Assembly (NCBI RefSeq): GCF_037042905.1
Contig: NC_087246.1
Location: 1,180,001 to 1,244,000, forward strand
DNA length: 64,000 nucleotides
Direction: 5' to 3'
From: Lytechinus pictus
Lineage: Eukaryota
Shown: piece by piece, positions 39,929-51,717 of the stretch
Numbering within the stretch: the first letter of the stretch is position 1
Layout: each line of letters begins with the position of its first letter
Notes under the pieces: model-generated
What the model saw: only the letters and a program-made list of their open reading frames with translations
What the model was told of the DNA's origin: nothing
Database searches by the model: none
Position numbers and translations under genes: made by a program

Positions 39929-42903
39929 ATTGCAACAATAACAAATTACTTTAAAGGGGTCTGATTTTCAAGACTATTCCAAACCTTGACTGCTATATGA
40001 AATTGGCACTCTCACTTCATAATTAGTGGTTTTCCTTTCTTACTTTATGATAACATTGAAGTGAGATATAGGAAGTCTAGATTATATGTCCTCAGAGAAT
40101 AGCAAAAACAAGGTCTTGATATGATATGTAATGGACCTGGTAAGAAATTGTCCGACTAAAGGAGTTGTACATCTACAAAATAATAAATTGTAGTTATCTA
40201 GTTTTTTGTGTGGTAAATTATGTCAAAATTTAATCCCTGTTTACATGCAGTAATATTGCAATATGTTTTTCATCAATTTTGAAGTGTTTATTTTTTTTAA
40301 GTGTGTCTTGTAAATGATAACTTTGCCATCTACATGTAAGTAATGGTAACTTCCATGATAACAATGTTCAATCGTCAATCAAAATCAATGATTACATTGA
40401 CATTGCCAAAACATACACTGTAGCAAAGTTTATCAAAGTAACTTTAATTCTCAAAGGGTCTAGATGTGTACAGTTGCCATCCATTTACATGTATTACTTT
40501 TGGGCAAGGATTGCTTCCCAGAAAATGGATGTGTAATCATACATGTAGATGGCCGATACGACAGTTTGGTTGACCGCGCGCATTGAAATCGCGGTCAGTC
40601 AAAACGTATCGCTCTGCTACAATACACGCTTCCAATGGGATTTGCGCATTTTATTTAAAAAAATTATGGAATTGCCGTGAAAATCCTCTCATATCTTAGA
40701 AACTAAAATAATTTGCTGCCTAGAAATTCAGTTATGAATAGAATAGAATACAATAGGACTTGTACATTCATTTTCTGCAAAAATCTCAAAATCGAATTTT
40801 TTTTTTCTTGGACCAAAATTGACTGATACAACGGTTCGGATGAACGCCGACGATATGTCAAGTAATTGCTAGATTATCAGTATCAATGTGTCATGCTGGT
40901 GCTTGATACATGTACATGTATAAACCATATTGAGCTCCTACAAGTAGGACAACATTTTAGGCTTGTATTGAGATGCAATATTGATTAGTTTTCTTTGCAA
41001 CATCCTTGGCTGTATCCAAGATGGCTGATGCCCATTAATAGGCTTCTATTGATTACCCTTCTTTAAGATCCAGAGTCATGTCTATCAGCTGAAGGAAAAA
41101 AATTGTTATTGAATGAGTGAATTTCAGATGAAATTGCTGACCACTGTCCTTGAGTGATGGGATTCGCATAGCAAACTACCCTCACCCCAAATTCTCATAA
41201 CTCTTTGCGTAAACATATCCTTTTCAGATATCCCTGGAATAGTTTCTACTTTTGCTGGTAGAAGTAGATGATAAACATGTATCCCACCCATCCATACCAA
41301 AACAAATACACTAAAGTGAAAAGTGCAAGAGGAAACTGGGTATTATCATTTAGGTTCAGGGAATCAAATCCTATTATCTTTATTTGAGACCATCCCTGTT
41401 ATATCTGTCAGACATTACATAGCCCAGCCAAAAGGCTGGCTTTCCGGTCATAACAATACCTAGTCTACATGCATAAACCCTTGTAGTCTTATACACAATA
41501 ACATTTTTTTTAGTGATAAGGCAGACATCACAATCTTCCATGCCTGTTGTTTAGGCTTTGTGTTGTAGCTTTTAAAGACTTGCAGGATGATTGGCAAAGC
41601 TTTTCTATGCTAGACACGATAGAAATTTTCCAAAGCATCATATACTTGGGTCTGTACCTATAGACTATAAAACTGACTGTATGCAAAAGTTATATTTTCA
41701 CAAAAAGTAGAGAAAGGTTAACAACCAGTTCAGATCCATCAAACAAAGGAAAATAAGGTGAAGGTCAGATTTGTTATGAAAGTTGTGGTTGGAGGGGGGG
41801 GGGGGGGTAATGGTTGTAAAGACAGAGGTCATGCAGAACACAGAAGGTCCTCATTGCATGCACATGTAAAACCAGTGGAGGCTTTGGGGGGTTCAAAGAC
41901 AAGCATGAAATTGACAACTATGTTGTACATACTACTACACATCCACAACGACATGACCTGCACCATAAATTGATATCATAAATAAATACAGTACATGTAT
42001 TCTAGGAACTACGTGTTTGTCAGACCCAAGTATCAATATATAATGTACAATTTAGCTGTGATAAGATTTGTATTGATAGTTTGCAATACTCATCCCCATC
42101 CCATTGAGATTCATCACATCTTTAGCCCTGCTCTCTGATGCATGTATTCCAGCTCTGTTTACATTGTTTGTTTTCATTTGTTGATGAAATCTTGCATCAG
42201 TGGTGCTGACTGCACAACAAAACCCATTAAATATTCTTTAGGGTTTTCTTTTTATGTTTTCGTAGAAAAGTGTCTGTACCTATCCCTATTCTATTCAGTG
42301 TCAACAATGGAATTGCTAAATAATGTTTTTGATTGGGTGTATAATTTGGTGCAAAACAGTTTATTTATTTGGAGACCTTCATCAGGACTCCAACCATGGA
42401 ATCAGTAATAATTCTCTGGTCCAACCAAGAAACACACTGGTTTGACTTTTATGTATTGTATATCACACAGTAATATTAAAGAAAACTTTGCTGCAAGACT
42501 GATTTTGACCTCATGCAAAGTTTTAATTGCTTCAGGGTATATTTGTTATGATCAAGAGTGTCTTGAATTCTGAAACTAAACTTGAGGTCATTTATGGTCA
42601 TTTCTATTTTATGTCAGGTTGTAATTGTTTCTAAGGTACTATATTTGGGGTCATGATTCTTTTGAAGATAATTGATGGGTCATTTAAGCTATTGACCTAG
42701 CCTCAGTTTGTACTTTCAATCATTTAGATAAAGAACCAATGGCATGTCTAAAATTCAACATGTCTACAGTTAATTTACATCTGGTATGCTCTGTAGGTTA
42801 TGAAAATAACAATGTTTTAAAAGTTTGAATATTTACATATTTCTGTATAGGTCTACATGTACTCATCTCATTTTTAATTTTTTATTTATTCTTTTATTTA
42901 CAG

Positions 42904-42947
42904 TCATTTCAGGGTAGCCAAGGCAGAGCTTATCTCTTCAATTCTGT
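42904..42947 (+). CDS. YPEL: Yippee-like protein, coding exon 2 (SFQGSQGRAYLFNSV)
   Basis: ttttatttacAG|TCATTTCAG...TCTGT|GTAAGT; 44 nt, phase 0 to 2; conserved Yippee motif. Confidence 0.96.
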
Positions 42948-45004
42948 GTAAGTATAACCAATCAAACATAAACTATTCATTGTTTTTGTCTTTCTATTCT
43001 ATTTTGTATTGTGTATACTCTCCTTTATGCAAACTTTTATTTTTATTCCATTTTATTATATTTCTGATTTGATATACTTTTTGTCTCGCCTGCATAGCAG
43101 AGCGAGACTGTGGGCGCTGCTTTTCCGACGGCGACGGCGTCGTCAACATTGAAATCTTAACCAAGGTTAAGTTTTTGAAATGTCATCATAACTTTGAAAG
43201 TATGTGGACCTAGTTCATGAAACTTGGACATAAAGGGTAATCAAGTATTACTGAACATCCTGCCTGAGTTTCGGGTCACATGACCAAGGTCAAAGGTTAT
43301 TTAGGGTCAATGAACTTCGACCATGTTGGGGGAATCAATATCGAAATCTTAACCAAGGTTAAGTTTTTGAAATGTCATAACTTCGAAAGTAGTGTATATT
43401 GACCTAGTTCATAAAACGTAGACATAAGAGTAATAGTGTATCACTGAAGATCCTGCCTGAGTTTCAGGTCACATGATTAAGGTCAAAGGTCACTTACAGT
43501 CAATGAACTTTGGCCATGTTAGGGTTATTTGAGGAATTGTCATCATAACTTTAAAAGTTTATGGATCTAGTTCATGAAACTTGGACATAAGAGCAACCAT
43601 GTATCCCTGAACATCCTGCTCGAGTTTCAGGTCACATGATCAAGGTCAAAGGTCACTTAGGGTCAATGAACTTTGGCCATGTTGGGGTTATTTGAGGAAT
43701 TATCATAACTTTAAAATTTTATGGATCTAGTTCATGAAACTTGGACATACATGTAAGAGCAACCATGTATCCCTGAATATCATGTGCGAGTTTCAGGTCA
43801 CATGACCAAGGTCAGTGGTAATTTAGGGTCAACAAACTTTGGTAATGCTCAGGGTATTTTTGGAATTGTCATCATAACTTTAACTCTTATCCAACTGGCC
43901 TATTTGAGAGCCAAATGAGCAATGACACACTGGTTAACATAATAAATTCAGTAAAATATTTTAATGTTGCCCAATCTGGCCTTATGATATACCAAAATAA
44001 AGCTAATGATATAATCTTTCTTTTGACACAAATTATTTTGAATAATTTGCATATATTATAATATCATATGCAAATTAGCACTTCTGCATATTCATGCAAA
44101 GACAGGTATTTTGGGCAAAAATCATATTTGATCATATAATTGAAAGGGAAATTTAACTCAAAATATAGTCAAACTTGCATGGAATATTCTTTGAAGTATG
44201 TAGAGTAAAAATAGGGGTCATTTTGTATATAAACATTATTGATGAGTTGTGAAGTAGGACATATTACATAATATTCAAATACGGGTAAAATTTTGTAAAA
44301 AATGCCTATATACCAAAGTAGCTCACAAAAAAAAAATCTTTAAAAATAAATGAATGATTTCTGCTCTTAGTAAGATGCTTTTTATGACAATAGGTATCTT
44401 TAGATAAAGGAAGAATGCTATATAGTAATTAAAAAAATCACAATATCAGATATTTTATGCAAATTACTTCTTATGAATATTGATGAACGCATTGTTCAGG
44501 TGAAACAAAGTCTTTTCCTTCAAAGGGGAGTATGCAAAAAAAATATCCAAACCTCATGAGAATGAAGTATGAGTTATATTTTCAAATTATGAAATATCAT
44601 ATTTGTTTGTTATTTCCTTATTTATGATTCAAAGGTTTGTGAAATATGACACTTTACATGATATTCAAATACATAAGTGTGAATTCCGTTCAAGAAAATA
44701 CATGTACATAACTACATATACACCAAAGTTGAATAAACAAAAAAATACATAGAAAAAGAAAACAAGTGATTCCTGCCTCATACATGATAGATAAATGTTT
44801 CTTCTGTACTTTTTTTAAACAAATGTTACAAAATTTGCGTATGTAATGTCATGAATATTGATGAGCTTGCGTAAAATAACATGTACCCACGAATAATTGT
44901 TTGTACCGTACAATAAAAAGATATAAATTATGGCAATGAGCCTTGCAAAATATCACATGTGTTTGGTGCAGTCTTTATTACAAGTGACTCAGATGGATGT
45001 CAAA

Positions 45005-45108
45005 CTGTCTTTCAGTCTCTATTTCACACTGTCTTTCAGTCTCTATTTCACACTGTCTTTCAGTCTCTATTTCACACTGTCTTTCAGTCTCTATTTCACA
45101 CTGTCTTT
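45005..45108. repeat. 24-bp minisatellite, 4.3 perfect copies
   Basis: (ctgtctttcagtctctatttcaca)x4 + ctgtcttt, overlapping the transposase stop. Confidence 0.95.
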
Positions 45109-46720
45109 GAAGGAGGGATCTGTGTGAAAAGTATAATAGCAATTTCTCTTCTTGTTCATACAGAGATGGACATCACACCTCAAACATCGTACATATGATT
45201 TGTAGGCATTTTTCTTCATTGCTTTTGCACACACTTTGCAATCTAGTCTGTCTACACTGTCCTCTGGAAGGTGGAAGAATTCCGGGTCATTTGCTGGTAC
45301 AGGAACAGCCGCTGCCTGTGGTGCTACAGGGCGATGCAGAGGTACTGGATCGTCGTCATTGATTCCACCCAGCTGTCTGCAAAGCTCTTCGCGAAAATTG
45401 CGAGGATCATATCTTGATGGCCGATGCAGGGCCTCCACATTTGCATGCTTTCCCCTCCAATCTTGGAATAAGATGAAGGAATTTATGATCGCGATGTCTA
45501 CAAAGTGAAAAAACAAGGTCTTCCAATACTTCACAGTTTTCCGAAGAATGTCATAGTTAGACAGCAACTGGTCAGACCGGTCGACACCGCCCATGTAACT
45601 GTTGTAGTCGCGAACAGCCATAGGTTGACGCACTAACTTCCGGTGGAATTGACCTCTTTCCTTCACTCTGCGTCGGCAATACTCGAAGTCATTTGCATCG
45701 TGAAAGGAGGAGATCATGCTGATCGCTTTGTTGTCCTTCCACTGCTGGACGAGGTTCCCATCACTCCTGACCCATCTCATGTTCCCGCGCGATGCATTTC
45801 TGGACCAGTCCTTTATAGTGGTTTTGAATTCCACTGGGAATCCTCTCCGATTACTATTAGCTGTCCCACATGCCCAAACCTGGTTTCTCTTTAAATCGGT
45901 CAACAGTTTCATCGATGTGTAAAAATTATCGATATAAAGTTTGTAGCCTTGGTGCAACAAGTTTTCACAGAGACTGAAAACCACATCGTAGCTCAGCCCA
46001 TTCTCGGAAGCTTGTTCTCGTCGTCCAATGTACACGTCAAAGTCAAACGTGTATCCGGTTTTAGAGTCCGCCACCACCCAAAGCTTGAAGCCCCATTTCG
46101 TTGGCTTATCGCGAATGTACTGCCTTATTGAGAAGCGTCCTTTTGACCGCACCATTCGCTCATCAATAGCGATATGTTCATGGGGCTGATACAATGCCTG
46201 GCACGTCTGCTTCATGTGGTCAAGAAGAAAACGAACTTTGCGTAACACATCATTGGGATCCTCTGTGTCAGGATCAACGACATGAAGAAAACTCATAATC
46301 GCCTTGTACCGATCCCTGGACATGAACGATCGCGACCATGAACCATGGTATAGCGTCGCTGTCGACCAGTAGCTCTCTATGTCTGGAAAGCGTGCAAGAC
46401 CCATGTAGATAAGTAGTCCGATCAAGCTCCACATCTCATCAACTGTCACTGGATTCCAGGTCCCATCACTAGAGGCATAGGTTGAGTTATTGGCTATGTG
46501 AGCATTTGCGTATTTATTTGTATAATCACAAATTTGTTGGATTACTTCGATGGTGAAGAAGAGCTTGAAATAATCTTGTGCAGTCGTCATTGTGGCAGCA
46601 CCCTGTCTTGTCCTCACATTCTCCAACTGTGCTCCTGAAGGTCGATTAGACCTGAACTTCAATTCTCGCTTGGCAGGGCCATTGCCATCTCGGTCATCAT
46701 AGGACTTGTACTGGACTCTC
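45091..46720 (-). CDS. piggyBac transposase, exon 2 (catalytic DDD core and Cys-rich C-terminal domain)
   Basis: IAIDERM, KPTKWGFK, YIDNFYTS, YNSYMGGVDRSDQ and C-terminal CKVC..CLRCDVHLC..C..H; acceptor tttcatcacAG at 46722-46721; TAG at 45093-45091. Confidence 0.95.
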
Positions 46721-47449
46721 CTGTGATGAAATAACGAAAAAAGAAAGCTTACATTAGACCTCAACTGCATAGGCTTATAAAAAAATGGAATACATCAGGC
46801 CTAGAATTATACACGGAAAATAAGATGAAAATAAAATGAAATGAAAAAAAAATAAATAAAGAGAAATCTACATATTATCAAATGATGCAATAATGGGACC
46901 GCAATAATATATCCTTTTTTTTTAAACTAGAATTTCTGATAAGGGAGGGGTGAGGTTTTTGGTGCCCCCTGTAAAAAAAAATGAAGAAAAACAACAATGA
47001 GAGTGAGAGTGGGTGACAATTTTTTTATCTTGGGGGGGGGGGGGGATTGCAGTTCATCAGTCATCAGGATGCAAACCAAAAAACCTTTTTTTTTTTTTTT
47101 TTTGCTGGAAAGACCATTGTTAGTCCTTATTTTGGCAGTGTCTTTATTTGTTCTCATCATTTCAGTCTAAAAACTCCCGTATAACACTTTGTAATGCTAA
47201 TATTCATATGTTTTAGCTACCATTCCCAAATAAACATCCAACCGGAAGTTGAAAATTTAAATGTCCGTGCACTTCCGGTTTCGAAAATGATCGGGACAGG
47301 TGACAGTTTTATCAATAGTAAACCATAATTAGGCCGGTATTTCCCAATAAAACATAATATTTCACAAAAATATTAACTTTTACACGGAATATTAGCTTCC
47401 ACTAGTGTTTTTATTGAAATAAAATGATGAAATAAGGAGGTAAACTTAC

Positions 47450-47670
47450 TGAGTTTGTCTTGCAGCAGTAGCTCTCCTTCCGCCTCGCTGACGGCCACGT
47501 ACGGCCCTTCGTGGTGACTGCACACGGGATGTTGAAGGAGCATCATTATCGGATGAATTATCATCCGAAATGTCAGTATAATCTGAAGAATCATCACTCA
47601 AACCCCTGTTCAGGTCTGACTCTTCCCCTGAATCCAAGACTGAAACCATTTCAACATCGCTATCATCCAT
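47450..47670 (-). CDS. piggyBac transposase, exon 1 (acidic then basic N-terminus)
   Basis: MDDSDVEMVS..SDDSSDYTDISDD..RGRQRGGRR..QT; donor CA|GTAAGT at 47449 is phase 2, matching the exon 2 acceptor; joined CDS 1851 nt = 616 aa. Confidence 0.85.
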
Positions 47671-48520
47671 TTTGAACGATTTTTCTTCGGAGGGACAATG
47701 ATCAAAATCAGCGAGTCGCGAACGTAAACATGCACCGCGATGCCCACGAGCTGAAGCTAGCAGGGACCTGCCTGAATGAAAAAGACGTCTCTTATTTCAG
47801 TTGTCCGGAAAATACCGATCGTTTCCGGAAATGTCCATATTTGGATATCATCGTAAAGCAGAGAATTCGCCCTATCTTTTGAGGTATATTTCGAGGATAT
47901 ACGATGTTTTACGGAGATTCTACGAACGGGGAAAGTTTGTTGACACGGAGCTCCGGTCATATATGACCGGGATTTCGTGGCACCGTTGGATAAGAGTTAA
48001 AAGTCTATGGATCTAGTTCATGAAACTTGGACATAAGAGCAGCAGTGTATCTCTGAATACCCTGTATGCATTTTAGGAACATGGCCAAGATCAAAGGTCA
48101 TTTGAAGGTCAATGAACTCTGGCCGTGTTGGGAGTATGTGTTGAATTGGCATCATAACTAAGGAAGTTTATGGATCTAGCTCATGAAACATCGACATAAG
48201 GATAATCAAGTATGAATGATTGTTTTGCACATGCCTTAGGTCACATGATCATGGTCGAAGGTCATTTTGGGTCGATGGGCATAATATTTTATTATCATAT
48301 TAGTGTTTTCTTCAGTGAATAATATTCATTAGCTATTTTCAAAGGAAGCACTGCTGCTATATGGCATTGGGTAATGCAGGCGAGACTGCCAGAGGCGTTC
48401 CGCTTGTTTCTAATCTCTCACACTCGTGTCTTTGACTTGAAATAGTCAACCCTTTTGATAAGTACACGTTTTTGTCTGTTTACCTTGATAACGTCTTTAA
48501 TTCCCTCCGTCCATGTTTAA

Positions 48521-49106
48521 AGGGATGGTCCGGGCTGAAAATATTTAATACCTTAATATCTTAATACATAGGGTAGAATTCACCAAGCAAAATGCCAAAA
48601 ATTTTATCAAAATTGGATAAATTATAAAGTTATTGAAGTTTTAAGTTAAGCAATATTTTGTGAAAACAGTCATGAATATTCATTAGGTGGACTGATGATG
48701 TCACATCCCCACTTTCCGTTTTCTTATGTTATTACATAAAATCATATTTTTTTCATTATTTCATACTTGTGTGAATAATATGTTTCCCTTATAATGAAAT
48801 AAGTTGCAGCAATAAATATCTAATGCACTAAATCAGTTGTCAATCCAATTTTTTTAGTTCTTGGAGGAAAAAAATTGAATAAACCTAATTTCATATAATA
48901 GAATACAAAAGAACAAGTGGGGATGTGACATCATCAGCCCACCTAATGAATATTCATGACGACTGTTTTCACAAAATATTGCTAAACTTTAAAATTCAAT
49001 AACTTTGTTTAATATTTGTTATCTGATTTTGATGAAATTTTTGGCATTTTCAGTGAATTCTACTCTACTTATTAAGCTATAAATACTTTAAGCCCGGACC
49101 ATCCCT
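48521..49106. mobile_element. TTAA-flanked MITE family C (Kolobok-like)
   Basis: TTAA|agggatggtccgggct ... agcccggaccatccct|TTAA with long imperfect TIRs. Confidence 0.82.
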
Positions 49107-50777
49107 TTAATTGAGTCACTTGAGATTCAGGGGTATGCTGCATGTACATATTATTATGTAGGCTAATTAAGTACCCATCTTCATTGTGGGATTATAAAAT
49201 GTCAAAATTTACCTATTGATGTCAAGTGATAATGCATACTATGGATGGTATTGATTATTATAATTCTGTCATCTCCCCTCCCTCCTCTCTTAGTTACCCC
49301 CTCCCCTTTATAGGCCTACCAGTGATAATTGCATACTTGGTAAAATATCTCACAGTAATGATTTTCCAGTCCATAGAGCACCATAGAAACTATATGGAGG
49401 CAGTCTGTATCAGTCATCTATTGTTGTGTGTTATGACCTCAATGATATGGGAATACCCAGGGCAGTCCCATATTATTATTAGTCTACATTCAGTCCTATT
49501 TTATTAAGGATGGTAGAACAAATATGATCTCATTTCATTTTGATGTTTCTAAACTACATGTAGAATAAGGTCAATTTATGAGTCATATATGTAATAACAA
49601 TCTGCTTTGAATTTTTCTGTTTTCCGTTTGATTTACAAATTCACCAATTTCATTTACTCTTATATTGAAGACAGCTGCAATGTCAGACTACCTGATGAAT
49701 TCATTAACTGTGGACCTTGATAGAGAGGTGTCTTTTGTATGCACTGTATATATGGGGGGGGGGGCTAGATTATTTCATTATGTGTCATCAATGTACAGTA
49801 TGATGGGTTGGGTACTAGTCTACAAGCGCAGACGTATGATGTAATTGGAATGAAGATTGTATATGAATGTGCAAGGCACTGTCCCCCAATATATCTTATT
49901 GAATGTTGCTTTGTTTTTGCAACCTTGGACAATGAATTTGGATACTGAAAACATTTTTTTAGATTAATGCACACTTCTCATTGAAGAGGGATGCTGTCTA
50001 TATTGCACTGTTCACTGTTGTGAGGCAGTAAATCAAAGTTGACTGGCCTATTCTAATATTTTTATTTCTTTATTTATACATGTAGATGGCTCATCAAAAC
50101 TTTTCTCAAATTGCAATTTTCAAGGTCTGTTAAAAGACAAAAAACATCCTGTTTTTTATCCCATGAGTTGCTGGTACCTTCATGTGCATATTTAGCAGTT
50201 TTTTTTATGATAAGGAAATTTGTCAACAAAACCTCATAGGCCTTTGTGCAATTTTGCTTCATTAAAAGAATTGAAGAATGTATCTATAGGCATCATATAA
50301 AAAATAGCAATGCAATCAGAAGAAGTGTTCATTTAATATGAAATATGAATCATCAGACCTTCTGTGTACATATGGCTTTTATAAAATGATACACAACACA
50401 TGCATGCTTTGATGATTCTTTTCACTGTAGTTTTTAATCAAATATTTTGATAATTGTTTCTGGTTATAAATGCTCACTGACACTCTGTTCCTAATATGAC
50501 AAATTCTTCAATATTGGGTACGAGAAAAGGAATGATTCATATTATTGTTCCTTTTCCAATAAAATTATTTCAAAAGAGGGTTTGCATAGAAATTCAGGAA
50601 TATGTTTTTAAATACATGTCTTGAAATGTTTTGCTTTTAAATGCTAGTTGGCTGAAACAATCATTTTAGGTCCTAGGGACTTGAAAAATAAGCAGAAGTT
50701 ATGCTGGTTTTCTGATGTAAAGAGGAAGTGCAAAGGAAATGTAAAGCTACATATTTACATGTATGACAAGGCATGTA

Positions 50778-51717
50778 AGACACCATTCTCACTACCGTCC
50801 TAAAACTAGTTTTGATACTGGAAACTAGTTTAGTGGAAACTAGTTTAACGTGTAATGAGAACGATCGAAACGATCTTGGAAGCAATCTTCCAAACCGGTT
50901 CAGAAAACCACCTCGCGATGTAGTTTTGGAGATCGTTTTACCTCGTTAAACTGGTTTTAGCGTGAGGACACGACCGTTCTTGGGGAAGCGATCTTCGCAC
51001 ATTTCGAGCGTCCTACTCCACAAACTGTATGTGGAATGCCTACACTTCAAATTTCACCCGAAACATGTTACCCCACTGAGAGTGTTCCCTTAGCAACAAG
51101 ACCGCTTTACATGAAGTGGCAATAGGTGGTTTCAAACCGCCTCGATCACAAGAATCCCCGTTAAATTACGAGAACTTTTTTAGGCTGGAAAATACCCATT
51201 AATTATTCCTGCATTCACACCGCCCTGAAACATACCCTTCGGGATAAGTTCCTGAAGTTACGAGCATGCGCAGTATGGTCTGATAAGCAGCAAGGCGCGA
51301 AATTCAAAATCACTAGCCCAGCAGCAACCCATGCACGGCGCCGCACCCAACGACACGCTGGGCTAAAAGTTCCCGTAATTTGCTTTCAGACCGCCAAAAT
51401 ACCCACGACCTTGGACAAATCCCCGCGAAAGTTCTCGTAATTTCGCCAAGTACCTACTATTTATCGGGTATTTTCTTTCGGGGATATTACGCGTAGTTTG
51501 CTTTCACACCGCCAAAATACCTGGTATTTTCTGATCGGGGTAAATTTCCCGATCAGAGAATACCTGGAACTGGCGAACTTCGAGGCGGTCTGAAACCACC
51601 TTTTGAAAACTACTTTCGGGTGATCAAATGGGAACGCTAGCAAAGTGATCTTCCAAACTGGTTTCCTGAACCGGTTTCCAGTAAACCAGTTTTAGAAGTA
51701 TAATGAGAACGGTGTCT
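50778..51717. mobile_element. MITE containing a second nested MITE (51124-51601)
   Basis: Outer agacaccattctca / tgagaacggtgtct flanked by TA; inner aggtggtttcaaaccgcctcga / tcgaggcggtctgaaaccacct. Confidence 0.78.

Larger units (their letters stand above)
43884..47996 (-). mobile_element. Full-length piggyBac DNA transposon (4113 bp)
   Basis: TTAA (43880-43883)|CTCTTATCCAAC ... GTTGGATAAGAG|TTAA (47997-48000); encodes an uninterrupted transposase. Confidence 0.95.
43078..48409. mobile_element. Helentron-associated (HINE/DINE-1-like) non-autonomous element with ~170-bp tandem units, split by piggyBac
   Basis: T-run then subTIR gtctcgcctgcat (43083-43095), a nearby inverted gcgagac, (gacggc)n, tandem units, reverse subTIR atgcaggcgagac (48374-48386), then a short hairpin and T-run. 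Confidence 0.7.

Noticed and set aside
45005..45108. CRISPR-like array
   Set aside because: Head-to-tail identical units with no spacers, in a eukaryotic context.
42904..46720. YPEL-transposase fusion by exon trapping (CSB-PGBD3 style)
   Set aside because: The transposase and its acceptor are antisense to YPEL.
46721..46770. ORF-track start MQLRSNVSFLFSLF as the main transposase N-terminus
   Set aside because: It translates the polypyrimidine tract; a phase-compatible upstream exon with a typical acidic N-terminus explains the gene better.
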